A DNA stretch of 64,000 nucleotides, taken from NCBI RefSeq assembly GCF_006345805.1, contig NC_043017.1:10726001-10790000 (forward strand). The letters run 5' to 3'. The stretch is from Octopus sinensis. Its lineage: Eukaryota. Below, in pieces: positions 1-13,222 of this stretch. The stretch's first letter is position 1; each line of letters opens with the position of its first letter. The position numbers were made by a program, and so were the translations under genes. Under the pieces are notes generated by a model. The model did no database searches. It was not told the origin of the DNA and saw only the letters and a list, made by a program, of their open reading frames with translations.

Positions 1-181
1 ATATGTTTGATTTGAAAGCCCCACTAGAATGGGAGAAAGCACTAATACATGATATAAGTTATATGATGTATAAAAACATGTAATATGCAAATAAATATCT
101 GTAAATATAAAACCATCCGAATTTCTGAGTACCTCATTTCTTCTAATATAAAATACCTGTACATCATCTCCAAACCTTCCA

Positions 182-214
<33 letters not shown>

Positions 215-238
215 TACACACACACATATACATACATA

Positions 239-580
239 TATAAAGAATAAAAAGTTTCGAATGGTACACCAATGCACTATGATACAAACAATGGGCTATA
301 TACCTGCTGCAATTTAGTCATCCATAGTCTGATATGATATTTCGGCATAAAATTCCTTCTTCAGATATTCTTAGATGGAGTCGTTGCTATAATCGGTTTT
401 CCAACGGCTAAGAAAAGCCATTAGAAAACCGATTATAGCGGCGACTCCATCTAAGAATATCTGAAGAAAGTATTTTATTCCAAAAGATTATCAGACTATG
501 GATGACTAAATTAGAACAGGTATATAGCCTATTGTCTGAATTATAGTGCATTGTACCATTTGAAAAATTTATTCTTTATA
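239..580. mobile_element. Degenerate ~340-bp palindromic element with a hammerhead-like core in each arm (Penelope-like pLTR relic)
   Basis: Arms pair from TATAAAGAATAA (239) to TTATTCTTTATA (~580), for example AATTTAGTCATCCATAGTCTGAT / ATCAGACTATGGATGACTAAATT. (TA)n lies near both sides. Confidence 0.7.
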
Positions 581-626
581 AACAATACACAATGCTTTAA
601 GCGAACTACAATACTCTCCTATATAC

Positions 627-690
<64 letters not shown>

Positions 691-948
691 ACATATATGA
701 TGGGCTTCTCTCAGTTTCTGTCTATCAAATCCACTCACAAAGTTTTGCCCAAGATAGTTTTTGAAGTCATTTTCCCTTGTTCCACGTGGTAGGCCTGAAA
801 CCTTGTACACACACACACATACATTATATTTTATATATATATATTTATATATATATATATATATAACGGGAAGCTTTATGAAAATAGACAAAAGACGAAG
901 GCAGGTGGAAAACAAACGAACAATTGTATATATATATATATGTACATG

Positions 949-999
<51 letters not shown>

Positions 1000-1190
1000 C
1001 AGATGAACCAACTTCACGGCAGGAGGTGCAGATGAGGGCAGCTGCATCGAACTCTCTCATGCACCAAATGGCAGTTGCTAAAAAGCATTCGTGAAGTAAA
1101 ACCATGTAGCAACACCAAATGGCGGTGCCCCAGCATGGCCACAGCTCGTGAGCTGAAACTAGAATCAATTAATCAATCAATCATATATAT

Positions 1191-1433
1191 AACGTAAAGT
1201 GTACTAGCCATCTCAATGTGGCTAGCCACTGGGGGTGGGTGTTACTGAAGCTTTTAGCCCCAGGAGATCATCGTCTCCAGCTGGCTTTAGACACACTTTC
1301 TGTGCCGAATATCAGAAGGGCACAGAAAGTGTGTCTAAAGCCAGCTGGAGACGATGATCTCCTGGGGCTAAAAGCTTCAGTAACACCCACCCCCAGTGGT
1401 TAGCACATTGAGATGGCTAGTACACTTTACGTT
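1191..1433. repeat. Near-perfect palindrome, ~115-bp arms, 12-nt loop
   Basis: 1191-1306 is the reverse complement of 1319-1433 with only a few differences. Confidence 0.95.
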
Positions 1434-1565
1434 GTCGAGCGGTTACTGCTTACATCTTGTTCGGAGATTTATTAGTACATATATATATATATACATATAT
1501 ATACATACATACATATATATATATATATAATATATATATGTGTGTGTGTGGGTGTATATATATAT

Positions 1566-1604
<39 letters not shown>

Positions 1605-2744
1605 GATATATTATATATATATAGAGAGATGGGCAGACAGAGACACAGACAGAAAGACAAAAGAGAGAAACCTAGAACACAGAGCTTCCAGTCTTTGCTT
1701 CCTTCCAACCAATTTCCCCCCCCCACCTCACCAAATTCTTTGATCTCTACTCTGGACACATTGTTCTGATTATTGTGAATATCACATTCCTTTCATCTTT
1801 ATTTGTAGCAGCGTTTAATAAATACATGTTGTTGTTATCATCATCATCATCATCGTCGTCATTATAAATATTTTGCTTTTATTAGAAATATTACATTGTT
1901 GTTGTTGTTGTACTAGAGTAATTTGTCATTGTTGTTGTTGTTATTTGATTTATGGTTTTGCTGCTGTTGTTGTTGTTGTTGTTGTTACTGCTGCCGTTAG
2001 ATTTATCATTATTAATATTGTTCTTATCGGATGCTGGAATTATTTGCCTGGTATTATGATGTTTGTAGCGTTGTTGTTGATGGTGGTGGTGGCATTTTCA
2101 AAATCCACCCCCCTCCTTCTCCTCTCCTCTAAGAAACTATGTACTCCGGTGGTTCAATTCCTTGTTCTGGACGTCTTTGTATGGTGGGGCAGAGGGAAGG
2201 AACTGGAAATCAAATTTTAATTTTGAATACTTTTTCTTATATTTGAGATTTTGGGCAAAAATGTTCCCAAATTAATATACGTACATACACACATCCATCC
2301 ATCCATCCATCCATCCATCCATCCATCCATCCACCCATCCATCCATCCATCTATCCAACCATCCATCCATGCATGCATACATACATACATATGTCCCCCT
2401 ACATGGCCTTGCTTTTTGCTTTTTGAGCCAAAAAATTAACTTAACTTAACTATACACACACATACAAAGGTGCATACACATTCACACATGCATTCATTCA
2501 TTTTGTATTTCTTTATATGTGTGTGTGTGTCTGTGTGCATGTGTGTATGTACATATGTGTGTGTGTGCATATGTGTGTGTGTGTATAATTGTATATGTAT
2601 ATATATGAGTGTGTGTGTGTGTGTGTGTGCGTGTGCATATGTGTACATGGCTGAAATTGTTGTAGAATTAGAAATGAAATGTCAGTTGTGAAAGCAAAAC
2701 CCAGAAAATAAAAATGTTTACTTAGCAAAGACTTAAAGTTCTAA

Positions 2745-3470
2745 TTTGTATGAAAGCAGACATGGCATTTTTCCCTTCATGTAAGTGGCCCTGTTCTACA
2801 TGTACAAAAGGTGCAGACAGAAATCCAAAATGGTATAATCGGTGCAGACTATGGACATGTAAGAGGTGCAGCGGAACCACAGGAAGGTTAACAGAGAAAG
2901 CAGAACTTGTTTGTGGCAGATGTGCCGGATCAATAATCAATGAGAGAAGATGGGAAATAGATGTTCTGAAATGCCCAGCAGGCTCCCACGAAGTATTAGA
3001 CAGTTTCTGTTATTTAGGTGACCCAATTCGCAGTGGAGGCGGTTGCGCTGAAAGTATAGTTGCTTAAATAAGTATTAGCTGGAAAATGTTCAGAGAACTT
3101 TTATCACTGTTGGTAGCAAAAGGCTTCTCTATCTCAGAGTGAAAGGCAGATTATACAATGTCTTTGTATGAACAGCATTGCTATTTGGTTGTGAAACATG
3201 GGCTGTGGACATGCGAAGACAGGAAAGAAACGAAACTAGCATGCGCTAACGGATGTGCAGTGCCAGTGTGCATGTGCAGCAAAGTACAAGACCAGGCATA
3301 AGCAGCATCGGATGTGATATGTAGGAGAGAAGATTACACTCATATATGGTTATGTAATGTGGGTGGATGAGGACAGCTGTATAAAGAAGTGTTGATCGCT
3401 AAATGTGGAAGGAACATGTGGAAAAGAAAGACCTAGGTAAACATGGACAAAGTGGTGAAGACTGAGGAGA
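2745..3470 (+). mobile_element. RTE-clade LINE 3' relic with a Cys-rich (PHD-like) insert after RT
   Basis: KWPCSTCTKG...CRLWTCKRCSG...LVCGRCAG followed by EVLDSFCYLGDPIRSGGGCAES; stops and frameshifts downstream. Confidence 0.8.
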
Positions 3471-4099
3471 AGGTGGGGAGCTGAGATGTTATAGCGATAT
3501 GCTGATCTCGAGAAGACCCCTCCATCTCAGTAGAATTGAGGTTCTGTCAAGCCTTCACCCACAACTCATCTTTTGACACCCACTCTTCAATCAGTCTTCT
3601 ATGTTACCTTATTACCTTCACTTTCCCCTACACTCAACTGATGTCCTTTACATCCAACTCCTTTCCTGTCTCTAATCATCTCTCACACTATTTTCACTCA
3701 TGGCATTTACTTACACATCCACTTCTTCTGCTCTTCTATCCTGTTCTCACTCATGTTCACATCAGACCTGGAACTCACATCTCTTTCTTTCTCTCACTTT
3801 CCAGGTGGGCAAGCCCTTTATTCACCACTTCAGTAAGACACCTGCTCCTTGTCCCTCCTTCATAGTTTCTTATCCCTCCATTCTATATCCCTCTTACTTG
3901 GGGCTTCTTGTGTTGTGGGTACAGGGTAATCTCACTGATGCTGGTGCTACATAAAATTCACCCAGTACACTCTGCTAAGTGCTTGACCATTGGAAGGGCA
4001 TCCAGTTGCAAAAACCATGCTAAAGCAGACACAGAATGTGGTGCAGTTCCTTGGCTCATCTGTCCTTGTCAAACTGTCCAACTCAGGCCATCATGGAAA

Positions 4100-4495
4100 A
4101 AAGGACTTTAAATGATGAATTTTCTAATTTCATTTCTAATTCGCCAACCATTTCAGCTATTAGAACAAGGTCGTCAGCATAGAGAAGTTCCCATGAGCAA
4201 CCAGTCTGGAATTCTTCTGTTATGGCCTGGACGATTATGATAGAGAGGAGGGGACTGAGGATCAGACCCTGATGAATCCCTACTTGCATACTAAATTCAT
4301 CACTGCACTCATTGTTAACTCTTTCTCTTCAGAATCATTGAGTGCAAGTGTACCATTATACTTCCTTACTCTTGTCTCAAGTTTCTCTGACACACTGCCT
4401 TGCAATCGGGAACCCCTCATGCTTTTTATTCCTCACACTGTAGAACATTGGCAAACCCCCTTCTTTTCTGTCTCCTCCCTTGCTAAATAGACCTG
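4100..4495 (-). mobile_element. RTE-type reverse transcriptase fragment
   Basis: QVGIHQGLILSPLL...ELLYADDLVLIAE (RT QG/SP motif and YADD). Confidence 0.85.
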
Positions 4496-4793
4496 TCTTA
4501 CAACTTCTGATAGGAGGAGCGGGGCAGCGAGGAAAGTCACCTGCAGCACCCCAGAGCGCTCAACTGGTCCTTATTTTGTCAATCCCAAAGGCAGGAGAGG
4601 CAAAGTCAATCCCTGCAAAATTTGAACTCAGAACATAAAGATGGATGGAAAAATATGTATGTATATATTATATGTATATGTATATGTATATATGTAAATA
4701 TATAAATGTGTGTGTGTATATATATATATACATATATATATACACACATATATATATATAATATATATTAATATATATATATATATATATATA

Positions 4794-4840
<47 letters not shown>

Positions 4841-4853
4841 TATATATATTATA

Positions 4854-4922
<69 letters not shown>

Positions 4923-5018
4923 TAATATATATATATATATATATATTAATATTTATATATATATATATACACACACATACACACATGCAGTCATATCTAT
5001 TATACAGACAGAGATACA

Positions 5019-5065
<47 letters not shown>

Positions 5066-5844
5066 TCTGATATATGTATATAACTATCGCTTTTAGTAAA
5101 ACCACCAACCTTTACCTCCACCACCACCACCTCCAATACCACCATCTCCATCTCCACCACCACCACCACCACCATGCCCAACACCACCATCTCCAATACC
5201 ACCATCTCCAACACCACCATCTCCAATACCACCACCTCCAACACTACCATCACCACTAACCACTACAGCCAATACCAGCATTACCACCATAAATTTCTTC
5301 CTCAATTACCAAACCATCTCACAGTTCGGTTAACAGAAAGTCTGCGGAAAAAACCAGAAAGCTATTATCAGTCTAGAATTACAGCAGAATTCAATATACT
5401 AATGTGTATATTTATATTCTTCACTTCTTTTAATGGTTCCTGCCAATTTAGTGTGGCCACAGTGGGACATCACCTTTAAAAAATATATATAAATTTACTG
5501 CTTGATGCTAAAACTCTGAAACCATTCTGGCAATGAAGAAATTGGTATGTTAGGAGTGTCGGTCCATGTTAGGTCTTGTACCAAATTCTAAGTACATAAA
5601 AAGCCTGTTATTGGTGCATATGTACTGAGGAATATAATGGAGACTTAATTTCATAAATTCATATAGATGTGCAAATATGGTGTGGGTGTGGCTGGGTGGG
5701 TAAGATGCATGTTTCCCAACCATGTGGTCTTGAGTTCAGTCCTACTGTGTGGAGTTTTGGGTAGGTGTCTTCTATTATTTATAGTTCTTGGCTGACCAAA
5801 GCCTTCAGAGTGGACTTAGTTGATGGAAACAGTAATGAAGTATG

Positions 5845-8801
5845 TTATGTGTGTTCCCAGCCAAATGGTTCCGGGTTCAGTCCCACTGCCTGGCACCTTG
5901 GGCAAGTGTCTTTTACTCTAGCATTGGCCAACCAAAGCCTTGTGAATGGATTTGGTAGACAGAAACTGAAAGAAGCCCATCGTATATATATATATATATA
6001 TATTATATAAAAGGGCTTAGTAAAATAATTACTTTGCCGCATCCTGAACTCATTAGAAATAGCAGCTAAAAAACTTTTTTAAGGCTATTTCTAATACTTA
6101 AAGAAAATCTCTCTCATATATAGTGTTTGCATAATTTAACTCACAAAAGTTTGGGGTATGACATCGAAAAATCAAATGCTAAGGGTATTCGAGAACGTAC
6201 TTTTCAAGATTAGTCAAAACAACATTTCTATCATCGGCTCGGAATTCCTTGGTTTGGATTTGGAAACACTGAAAATAAGAACATACCCTCTCGAAGATCT
6301 GCTCCCAACTAACAGTGTCAACAAATTCAAAATAAGCAAGCGAAGAATCTCTGTTTCTCCCCCTTTCCACCAGCGTGGGTTAAAATCATCAAACTCTATG
6401 CTTATTTCGGTAAAGTCCGAAGCCTTAATCAAGAGGGAGATTAATTATAATTTCAACAATTGAGGGCAAAATTAATTAATAATTAATCAATTTCACACAA
6501 GTGTTCAGTATGCAAAGGGACCATTCAAGGCGAATTCAATTATTACATATTATAAAGGGCTTAGTAAAATAATTACTTTGCCGCATCCTGAACTCATTAG
6601 AAATAGCAGCTAAAAAACTTTTTTAAGGCTATTTCTAATACTTAAAGAAAATCTCTCTCATATATAGTGTTTGCATAATTTAACTCACAAAAGTTTGGGG
6701 GTAATGACATCGAAAAATCAAATGCTAAGGTTATTCGAGAACGTACGTTTCAAGATTAGTCAAAACAACATTTCTATCATCGGCTCGGAAATTCCTTGGT
6801 TTGGATTTGGAAACACTGAAAATAAGAACATACCCTCTCGAAGATCTGCTCCCAACTAACAGTGTCAACAAATTCAAAATAAGCAAGCGAAGAATCTCTG
6901 TTCTCCCCTTTCCACCAGCGTGGGTTAAAATCATCAACTCTATGCTTATTCGGTAAAGTCCGAAGCATTAATCAGAGGGAGATTAATTATAATTTCAACA
7001 ATTGAGGGCAAAATTAATTAATAATTAATCAATTTCACCAAGTGTTCAGTATGCAAAGGGACCATTCAAGGCGAATTCAAATTATTACATTATATAAAAG
7101 GGCTTAGTAAAATAAATTACTTTGCCGCATCCTGAACTCATTAGAAATAGCAGCTAAAAAACTTTTTTAAGGCTATTTCTAATACTTAAAGAAAATCTCT
7201 CTCATTTATTGTTTTGCATAATTTAACTCACAAAATTTTGGGGGTAATGACATCGAAAAATCAAATGCTAAGGTTATTCGAGAACGTACGTTTCAAGATT
7301 AGTCAAAACAACATTTCTATCATCGGCTCGGAAATTCCTTGGTTTGGATTTGGAAACACTGAAAATAAGAACATACCCTCTCGAAGATCTGCTCCCAACT
7401 AACAGTGTCAACAAATTCATACAAGCGAAGAATCTCTGTTCTCCCCTTCCACCAGCGTGGGTTAAAATCATCAAACTCTATGCTTATTTCGGTAAAGTCC
7501 GAAGCATTAATCAGAGGAGATTAATTATAATTCAACAATGAGGGCAAAATTAATTAATAATTAATCAATTTCACCAAGTGTTCAGTATGCAAAGGGACCA
7601 TTCAAGGCGAATTCAAATTATTACATTATATAAAAGGGCTTAGTAAAATAAATTACTTTGCCGCATCCTGAACTCATTAGAAATAGCAGCTAAAAAACTT
7701 TTTTAAGGCTATTTCTAATACTTAAAGAAAATCTCTCTCATATATAGTGTTTGCATAATTTAACTCACAAAAGTTTGGGGGTAATGACATCGAAAAATCA
7801 AATGCTAAGGTTGAGATTCTTCGCTTGCTTATTTTGAATTTGTTGACACTGTTAGTTGGGAGCAGATCTTCGAGAGGGTATGTTCTTATTTTCAGTGTTT
7901 CCAAATCCAAACCAAGGAATTTCCGAGCCGATGATAGAAATGTTGTTTTGACTAATCTTGAAACGTACGTTCTCGAATAACCTTAGCATTTGATTTTTCG
8001 ATGTCATTACCCCCAAACTTTTGTGAGTTAAATTATGCAAACACTATATATGAGAGAGATTTTCTTTAAGTATTAGAAATAGCCTTAAAAAAGTTTTTTA
8101 GCTGCTATTTCTAATGAGTTCAGGATGCGGCAAAGTAATTTATTTTACTAAGCCCTTTTATATAATGTAATAATTTGAATTCGCCTTGAATGGTCCCTTT
8201 GCATACTGAACACTTGGTGAAATTGATTAATTATTATTATTTTGCCCTCAATTGTTGAAATTATAATTAATCTCCCTCTGATTAATGCTTCGGACTTTAC
8301 CGAAATAAGCATAGAGTTTGATGATTCTAACCCACGCTGGTGGAAAGGGGAGAACAGAGATTCTTCGCTTGCTTATTTGAATTTGTTGACACTGTTAGTT
8401 GGGAGCAGATCTTCGAGAGGGTATGTTCTTATTTTCAGTGTGTTCCAAATCCAAACCAAGGAATTCCAGCCGATGATAGAAATGTTGTTTTGACTAATCT
8501 TGAAACGTACGTTCTCGAATAACCTTAGCATTTGATTTTTCGATGTCATTACCCCCAAACTTTTGTGAGTTAAATTATGCAAACACTATATATGAGAGAG
8601 ATTTTCTTTAAGTATTAGAAATAGCCTTAAAAAAGTTTTTTAGCTGCTATTTCTAATGAGTTTCAGGATGCGGCAAAGTAATTTATATTTTACTAAGCCC
8701 TTTTATATAATGTAATAATTTGAATTCGCCTTGAATGGTCCCTTTGCATACTGAACACTTGTGAAATTGATTAATTATTAATTAATTTTGCCCTCAATTG
8801 T

Positions 8802-8843
<42 letters not shown>

Positions 8844-9065
8844 ATGTATGTATGTATGTATGTATTTGTATGTCTGTGTTTGTCCTCCCACCATCGCTTG
8901 CCAACTGATGTTGGTGTGTTTACATCCCCGTAACTTAGAAGTTCAATAAAAGATACCGATAGTATAAGTACTAGGCTTACAAAGAATAAGTCCTGGGGTT
9001 GATTTGTTCGACTAAAGGTAGTGCCCCAGCATGGCCGCAGCCCAATGACTGAAACACTTAAAAGA
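5845..9065 (+). mobile_element. Family B SINE split by the 2.8-kb array inserted in its internal (TA)n
   Basis: 5' half (CCACTGCCTGGCACCTTGGGCAAGTG...GAAAGAAGCCCATCGTATA) at ~5845-5990 and 3' half (TGTTTGTCCTCCC...CAGCATGGCCGCAG...GACTGAAAC) at ~8860-9065. They match the intact copies at 13431, 32886 and 59105. Confidence 0.8.
6002..8803. repeat. Tandem array of ~540-bp units with an internal inversion (fold-back)
   Basis: AGGGCTTAGTAAAAT recurs at 6012, 6556, 7099 and 7635 (periods 544, 543, 536). Orientation switches at 7812/7813; 6996-7812 pairs with 7979-8803. Confidence 0.95.
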
Positions 9066-9984
9066 TAATACACACACACACACACACCTACCTGCATACA
9101 TACATACATCATACATATGCATCGATTATGCATGCAATATGTCTGTCTGCCTCTCTCTCTCTCTCTCTACCCCTGCAATCTACCCAACAGCCTATCATCT
9201 CTCTTGTTCATCTCCTGTCTACTACGTCACCATTGTTCTTCTTCCTTTCCTTTCTGCACTGTCAATCACCTCCTCCCCTCTCTTACCCCCCACCCCACAA
9301 CTCATGCATCATTAGTCACCTCCATCCTCTTCTCCCCCATTCACTACATCCACCCGTCAATCCTACCCAATCTTTTCCAGTTGTTGCCAACCTACTCTCT
9401 GCATACACATTCTTGCAGCCTCCTCCTCCATCCACCCAACATCCTGGCTCCTCTGTGCCTTCAGTTGCCACCCAGACTCTTCATAACCCCCCCTCTTTAT
9501 GTCTCCCCCACCTCTCCACCGATTACTTCCACCCTCTCTTCTAAAATGCAAGTTGTTACGTCACTCCTTTACAGCAAGGAACCTCTTCTGCTTTGGCCCC
9601 TTCTCCCATACCGTGACCCCTTGTTTCTTTGCATAGAGCCCGCTTGACATTCTTGGGGTTAAAACCTTGGGTTCATAGTTTTGCCAGCTGCATAGGGATG
9701 TTACAAGTGCTGGTAGACCCCACCCCCCAAAATGCACCCAATATACACTGTAAAAAAATTGGCCTAACGGAGGGCATCCAGTTGTGGAAACCATGTCGAA
9801 ATGGACACTGGAAAATGATGCAGTTCTTGAATCTATCAAATTTTGTCCAAACTGTCCAATTGATGCCAGCATAGAACATGGACATTTAAATGACAATGAT
9901 GATGAGGATGGTGATGATGATGATGACAATGATGATGATGATGATGTATGTAATATATCCAGATTATAAATTCATGCTTATATC

Positions 9985-10335
9985 AATCATTAACACCCGT
10001 GGACATATTTACAAAGTCAGAAAACAGCACAGCTCCCATGACTTTAGGAAACATTTTTTCATGCTGAGAGTTGCTGAAACGTGGAACAAACTGCCGGCAT
10101 CATTTGTTAGTTGTCGGAGCACTGCATCCTTCAAAACTTCCATGCTTTCTGAGATTCGCCAACACTACACCTGATTTTCTCCTCTCCATACACACACAAG
10201 CATGTATCTGACTCATACATTGTTTGCTTTCCAGACATTTGTACATTACTGCATATACTTTATATGCACTTTCTGACAAGTTGTGGGGCACCTGAGCACT
10301 GTATACAATAATTTCATTATTATCATTATTATTAT
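9985..10335 (+). mobile_element. CR1/L2-like LINE 3' end
   Basis: NTRGHIYKVRKQHSSHDFRKHFF.LRVAETWNKLP...FK, a typical CR1 ORF2 C-terminus, followed by a UTR and an (ATT)n tail. Confidence 0.85.
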
Positions 10336-10667
10336 TAGTGGCATGAATGTGAATTTATAATCAGGATAAAGAAGCTGGTGGTTTTGAATCAGCCATTGTT
10401 AGCTTCTTTCTCTTTGATTTTCAAAGAGACATTCACATCAGCAGGACAGCTGACCTTTACTACGGGACATACTTTTTCTTGTCTGTCCCCTGTCTGTTTG
10501 TGTCTGTGTTATTATTATTCAGTTTTATTTCAACGTTTCCGTTCCAATAGACAAGGAACCATTTTCTAACCTAGAAAGTTTCTAACTTCGAACCAGTAAG
10601 TTAATTGCTGTTGTTGAAATCTGATGGGACAGATTCTGCATATCATTTTGCTTGCCCGATTTACTTT

Positions 10668-10959
10668 CTGCACGTAAAAAGCGCCATCTGATCATGGCCG
10701 TTTGCCAGCCTCACCTGGCCTCCGTGCCGGTGGCACATAAAAAGCACCATCCAATCGTGGCCGTTTGCCAGCCTCGTCTGGCACCTGTGCCGGTGGCACG
10801 TAAAAAGCACCCACTACACTCTTGGAGTGGTTGGCGTTAGAAAGGGCATCCAGCCGTAGAAACATTGCCAAATCAGACTGGGCCTGGTGCAGCCTTCTGG
10901 CTTCCCAGACCCCAGTTGAACCGTCCAACCCATGCTAGCATGGAAAGCGGACGCTAAAC

Positions 10960-10990
<31 letters not shown>

Positions 10991-11193
10991 CCAGTACTGC
11001 CTGACTGGCTCTTGTGCCGGTGGCACATAAAAAGCACCCACTATACTCTCGGAGTGGTTGGCATTAAGAAGGGCATCCAGCTGTAGAATCTCTGCCAAAT
11101 AAAGATTGTAGCCTGGTGCAGCCATCTGGTTCGCCAGATGAAAATCGTCCAACCCATGCTAGCATGGAAAGCGGATGTTAAACGATGATGATG
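10668..11193 (+). mobile_element. Family C repeat (RTE-tail, SINE-like), two adjacent copies
   Basis: GCCGGTGGCAC(G/A)TAAAAAGCACC sub-repeats, GAAGGGCATCCAGC core, CCAACCCATGCTAGCATGGAAAGCGGAC..AAACGATGATGAT tail. Confidence 0.85.
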
Positions 11194-11439
11194 ATCCAAG
11201 GCTTCTTCACTGGAATTTCAACAACATCAACAGGGTATGAATGCATGTATGTGCGTGTATATGTGCAGTATTTGGAGTCAGTGCACGTGCACATTTGCAT
11301 GCTTTGTTTTATGCATGTATTCTCATGCATATAATTGCATGTCTACACATGCACATAGATTCTTAAATATTGAACTTCTGAAAATTTTTACAAATTCTTA
11401 CAGTTCCAGTGTTGACTGTAGGAATGGTTTGTATGCATG

Positions 11440-11895
11440 CATGTGTGTGTTGTGTGTGTGTGTGTGTGCATGCATGTATGTATGTATGTATGTATGTATG
11501 TATGCGTGTGTGTTTGTATGTACGTATATGCATGTATGTATGTATGTATCTATATATGTATGTACATACGTATGTGTATGTATGTATGTATGTATGCATG
11601 TATGTATGCATGTATGTATGTATATGCATGTATGTATGTATATATGTATGTATGTATGCACGTATGTATGTATAAATATGTATGTATGAATGTATATGCA
11701 TGTATGTGTGTGTGAATGTATGAATGTATTTATATGCATGTATGTATGTGTGTGTGTGTATATATGTACGTATGTTTATATATATGCATGTATGTATGTA
11801 TATGCATATATGTATGTATGTATGTATATGCATATATGTATGTATGTATGTATGTATATGCATGTGTGTATGTATATGTATGTATATCTGCATGT
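11440..11895. repeat. Degenerate (TGTA)n/(TG)n microsatellite
   Basis: Read directly from the sequence. Confidence 0.95.
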
Positions 11896-12174
11896 CTGTT
11901 GAAACAATTCCAGTTCAAAAACAGAGACTATCAATTCCTAACTAGTTTAATGAATCCTGTTGCCCCTGACCACCACCACCACCATGCCAACCACGCCGAC
12001 CTCGCCCACCACTACCTCCACCTCTCCACAAGTTCATCATTTATATTGCATTCACAAATAGATTCTAACTCCTGGCTGTGTAAATCACTACTTTGTAATT
12101 CAGTGGCAAATGGAGAAATTCTCCATTTTTTTTAACCTGTTGATTATCAAATCAATGTTATTTGAATAAAGAAA

Positions 12175-12242
12175 TCATCATCATCATCATCATCATCCCC
12201 CCTATCATCATCATCCTCATCGTCATCATCATCGTCCCCCCT

Positions 12243-12278
<36 letters not shown>

Positions 12279-12650
12279 GTCCCCCTATCATCATCATCAT
12301 CGTCCCCCCTATCATCATCATCATCATTGTCATCATCATCATCGTCATCATCATCATCGTCATCATCATCGTCCCCCCTATCGTCATCACTGTCGTCGTC
12401 ATAATTTTCACCGTTGTTGGCATTGTCATCATCATCATCATCACCATCATCACCACCATTAGCACTACCACCACTACTACTGACACTGCTATCATCATCA
12501 TCATCATCATCACCACCACCACCAACATTATCATGATTGTCATCAGCATCGTCGCCATCATCATCATCATCATCATTATCATCACAACCACCAGCAGCAG
12601 CAGCACCACCACCACTACCATGATGAAGATGATCATCATCATCATTTTCA
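12175..12650. repeat. (ATC)n microsatellite with periodic GTCCCCCTA interruptions
   Basis: CCCCCTATC motif at about 12197, 12236, 12281, 12304 and 12373. Confidence 0.9.
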
Positions 12651-12893
12651 TTATCTTGATTGGAATAGTGAAATGGCAGAATGGTTTGAGTGCCGACTAC
12701 CAAAATACCTTGTGGTATTTAATTTAGATTCTTTATTGATAAAATAGAGTACCAGTCATATACTGGGGTTATTATAACTCACAGTTTGCTTCCACAGATT
12801 TCAGGCTTTGTTCATATGTTCAAAACAATTATTTCTCTGATGGTGGCCACTTCCTCTGATATATATGTGTGTTTATATGTATGTATATAATAA

Positions 12894-13122
12894 GGTGGCG
12901 AGCTGGCAGAAACGTTAGCACGCTGGGCGAAATGCGCAGCCGTATTTCATCTGTCGTTACGTTGTGAGTTCAAATTCCGCCGAGGTCGACTTTGCCTTTC
13001 ATCCTTTCAGGGTCGATAAATTAAGTACCAAAAACGCACTGGAGTCGATATAATCGATTTATCCCTTTGTCTGTCCTTGTTTGTCCCCTCTATGTTTAGC
13101 CCCTTGTGGGCAATAAAGAAAT
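12894..13122 (+). mobile_element. Family A tRNA-derived SINE
   Basis: GGCGAGCTGGCAGAAACGTTAG head (A box), GAGTTCAAATTCC (B box), GCCTTTCATCCTTTC.GGGTCGATAAA body, TAAAGAAATA end. Confidence 0.9.
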
Positions 13123-13133
13123 ATATATGTATG

Positions 13134-13164
<31 letters not shown>

Positions 13165-13222
13165 AATATTATGACAACAAAAGAATGAATGAGACCTCAG
13201 TATTATGTAAAATAGAGGAATT

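Noticed and set aside
8272-8318. CTGATTA...GG ACTTTA CC GAAAT as a hammerhead in the 540-bp unit
   Set aside because: G8 is missing and stems I and II do not fit the topology; the segment folds better as a simple hairpin.
6158-8582. Recurrent ORFs (MTSKNQMLR..., RGYVLIFSV...) in the 540-bp array
   Set aside because: The reading frame differs between units because of indels and no protein motif is recognisable; these are by-products of the repeat.
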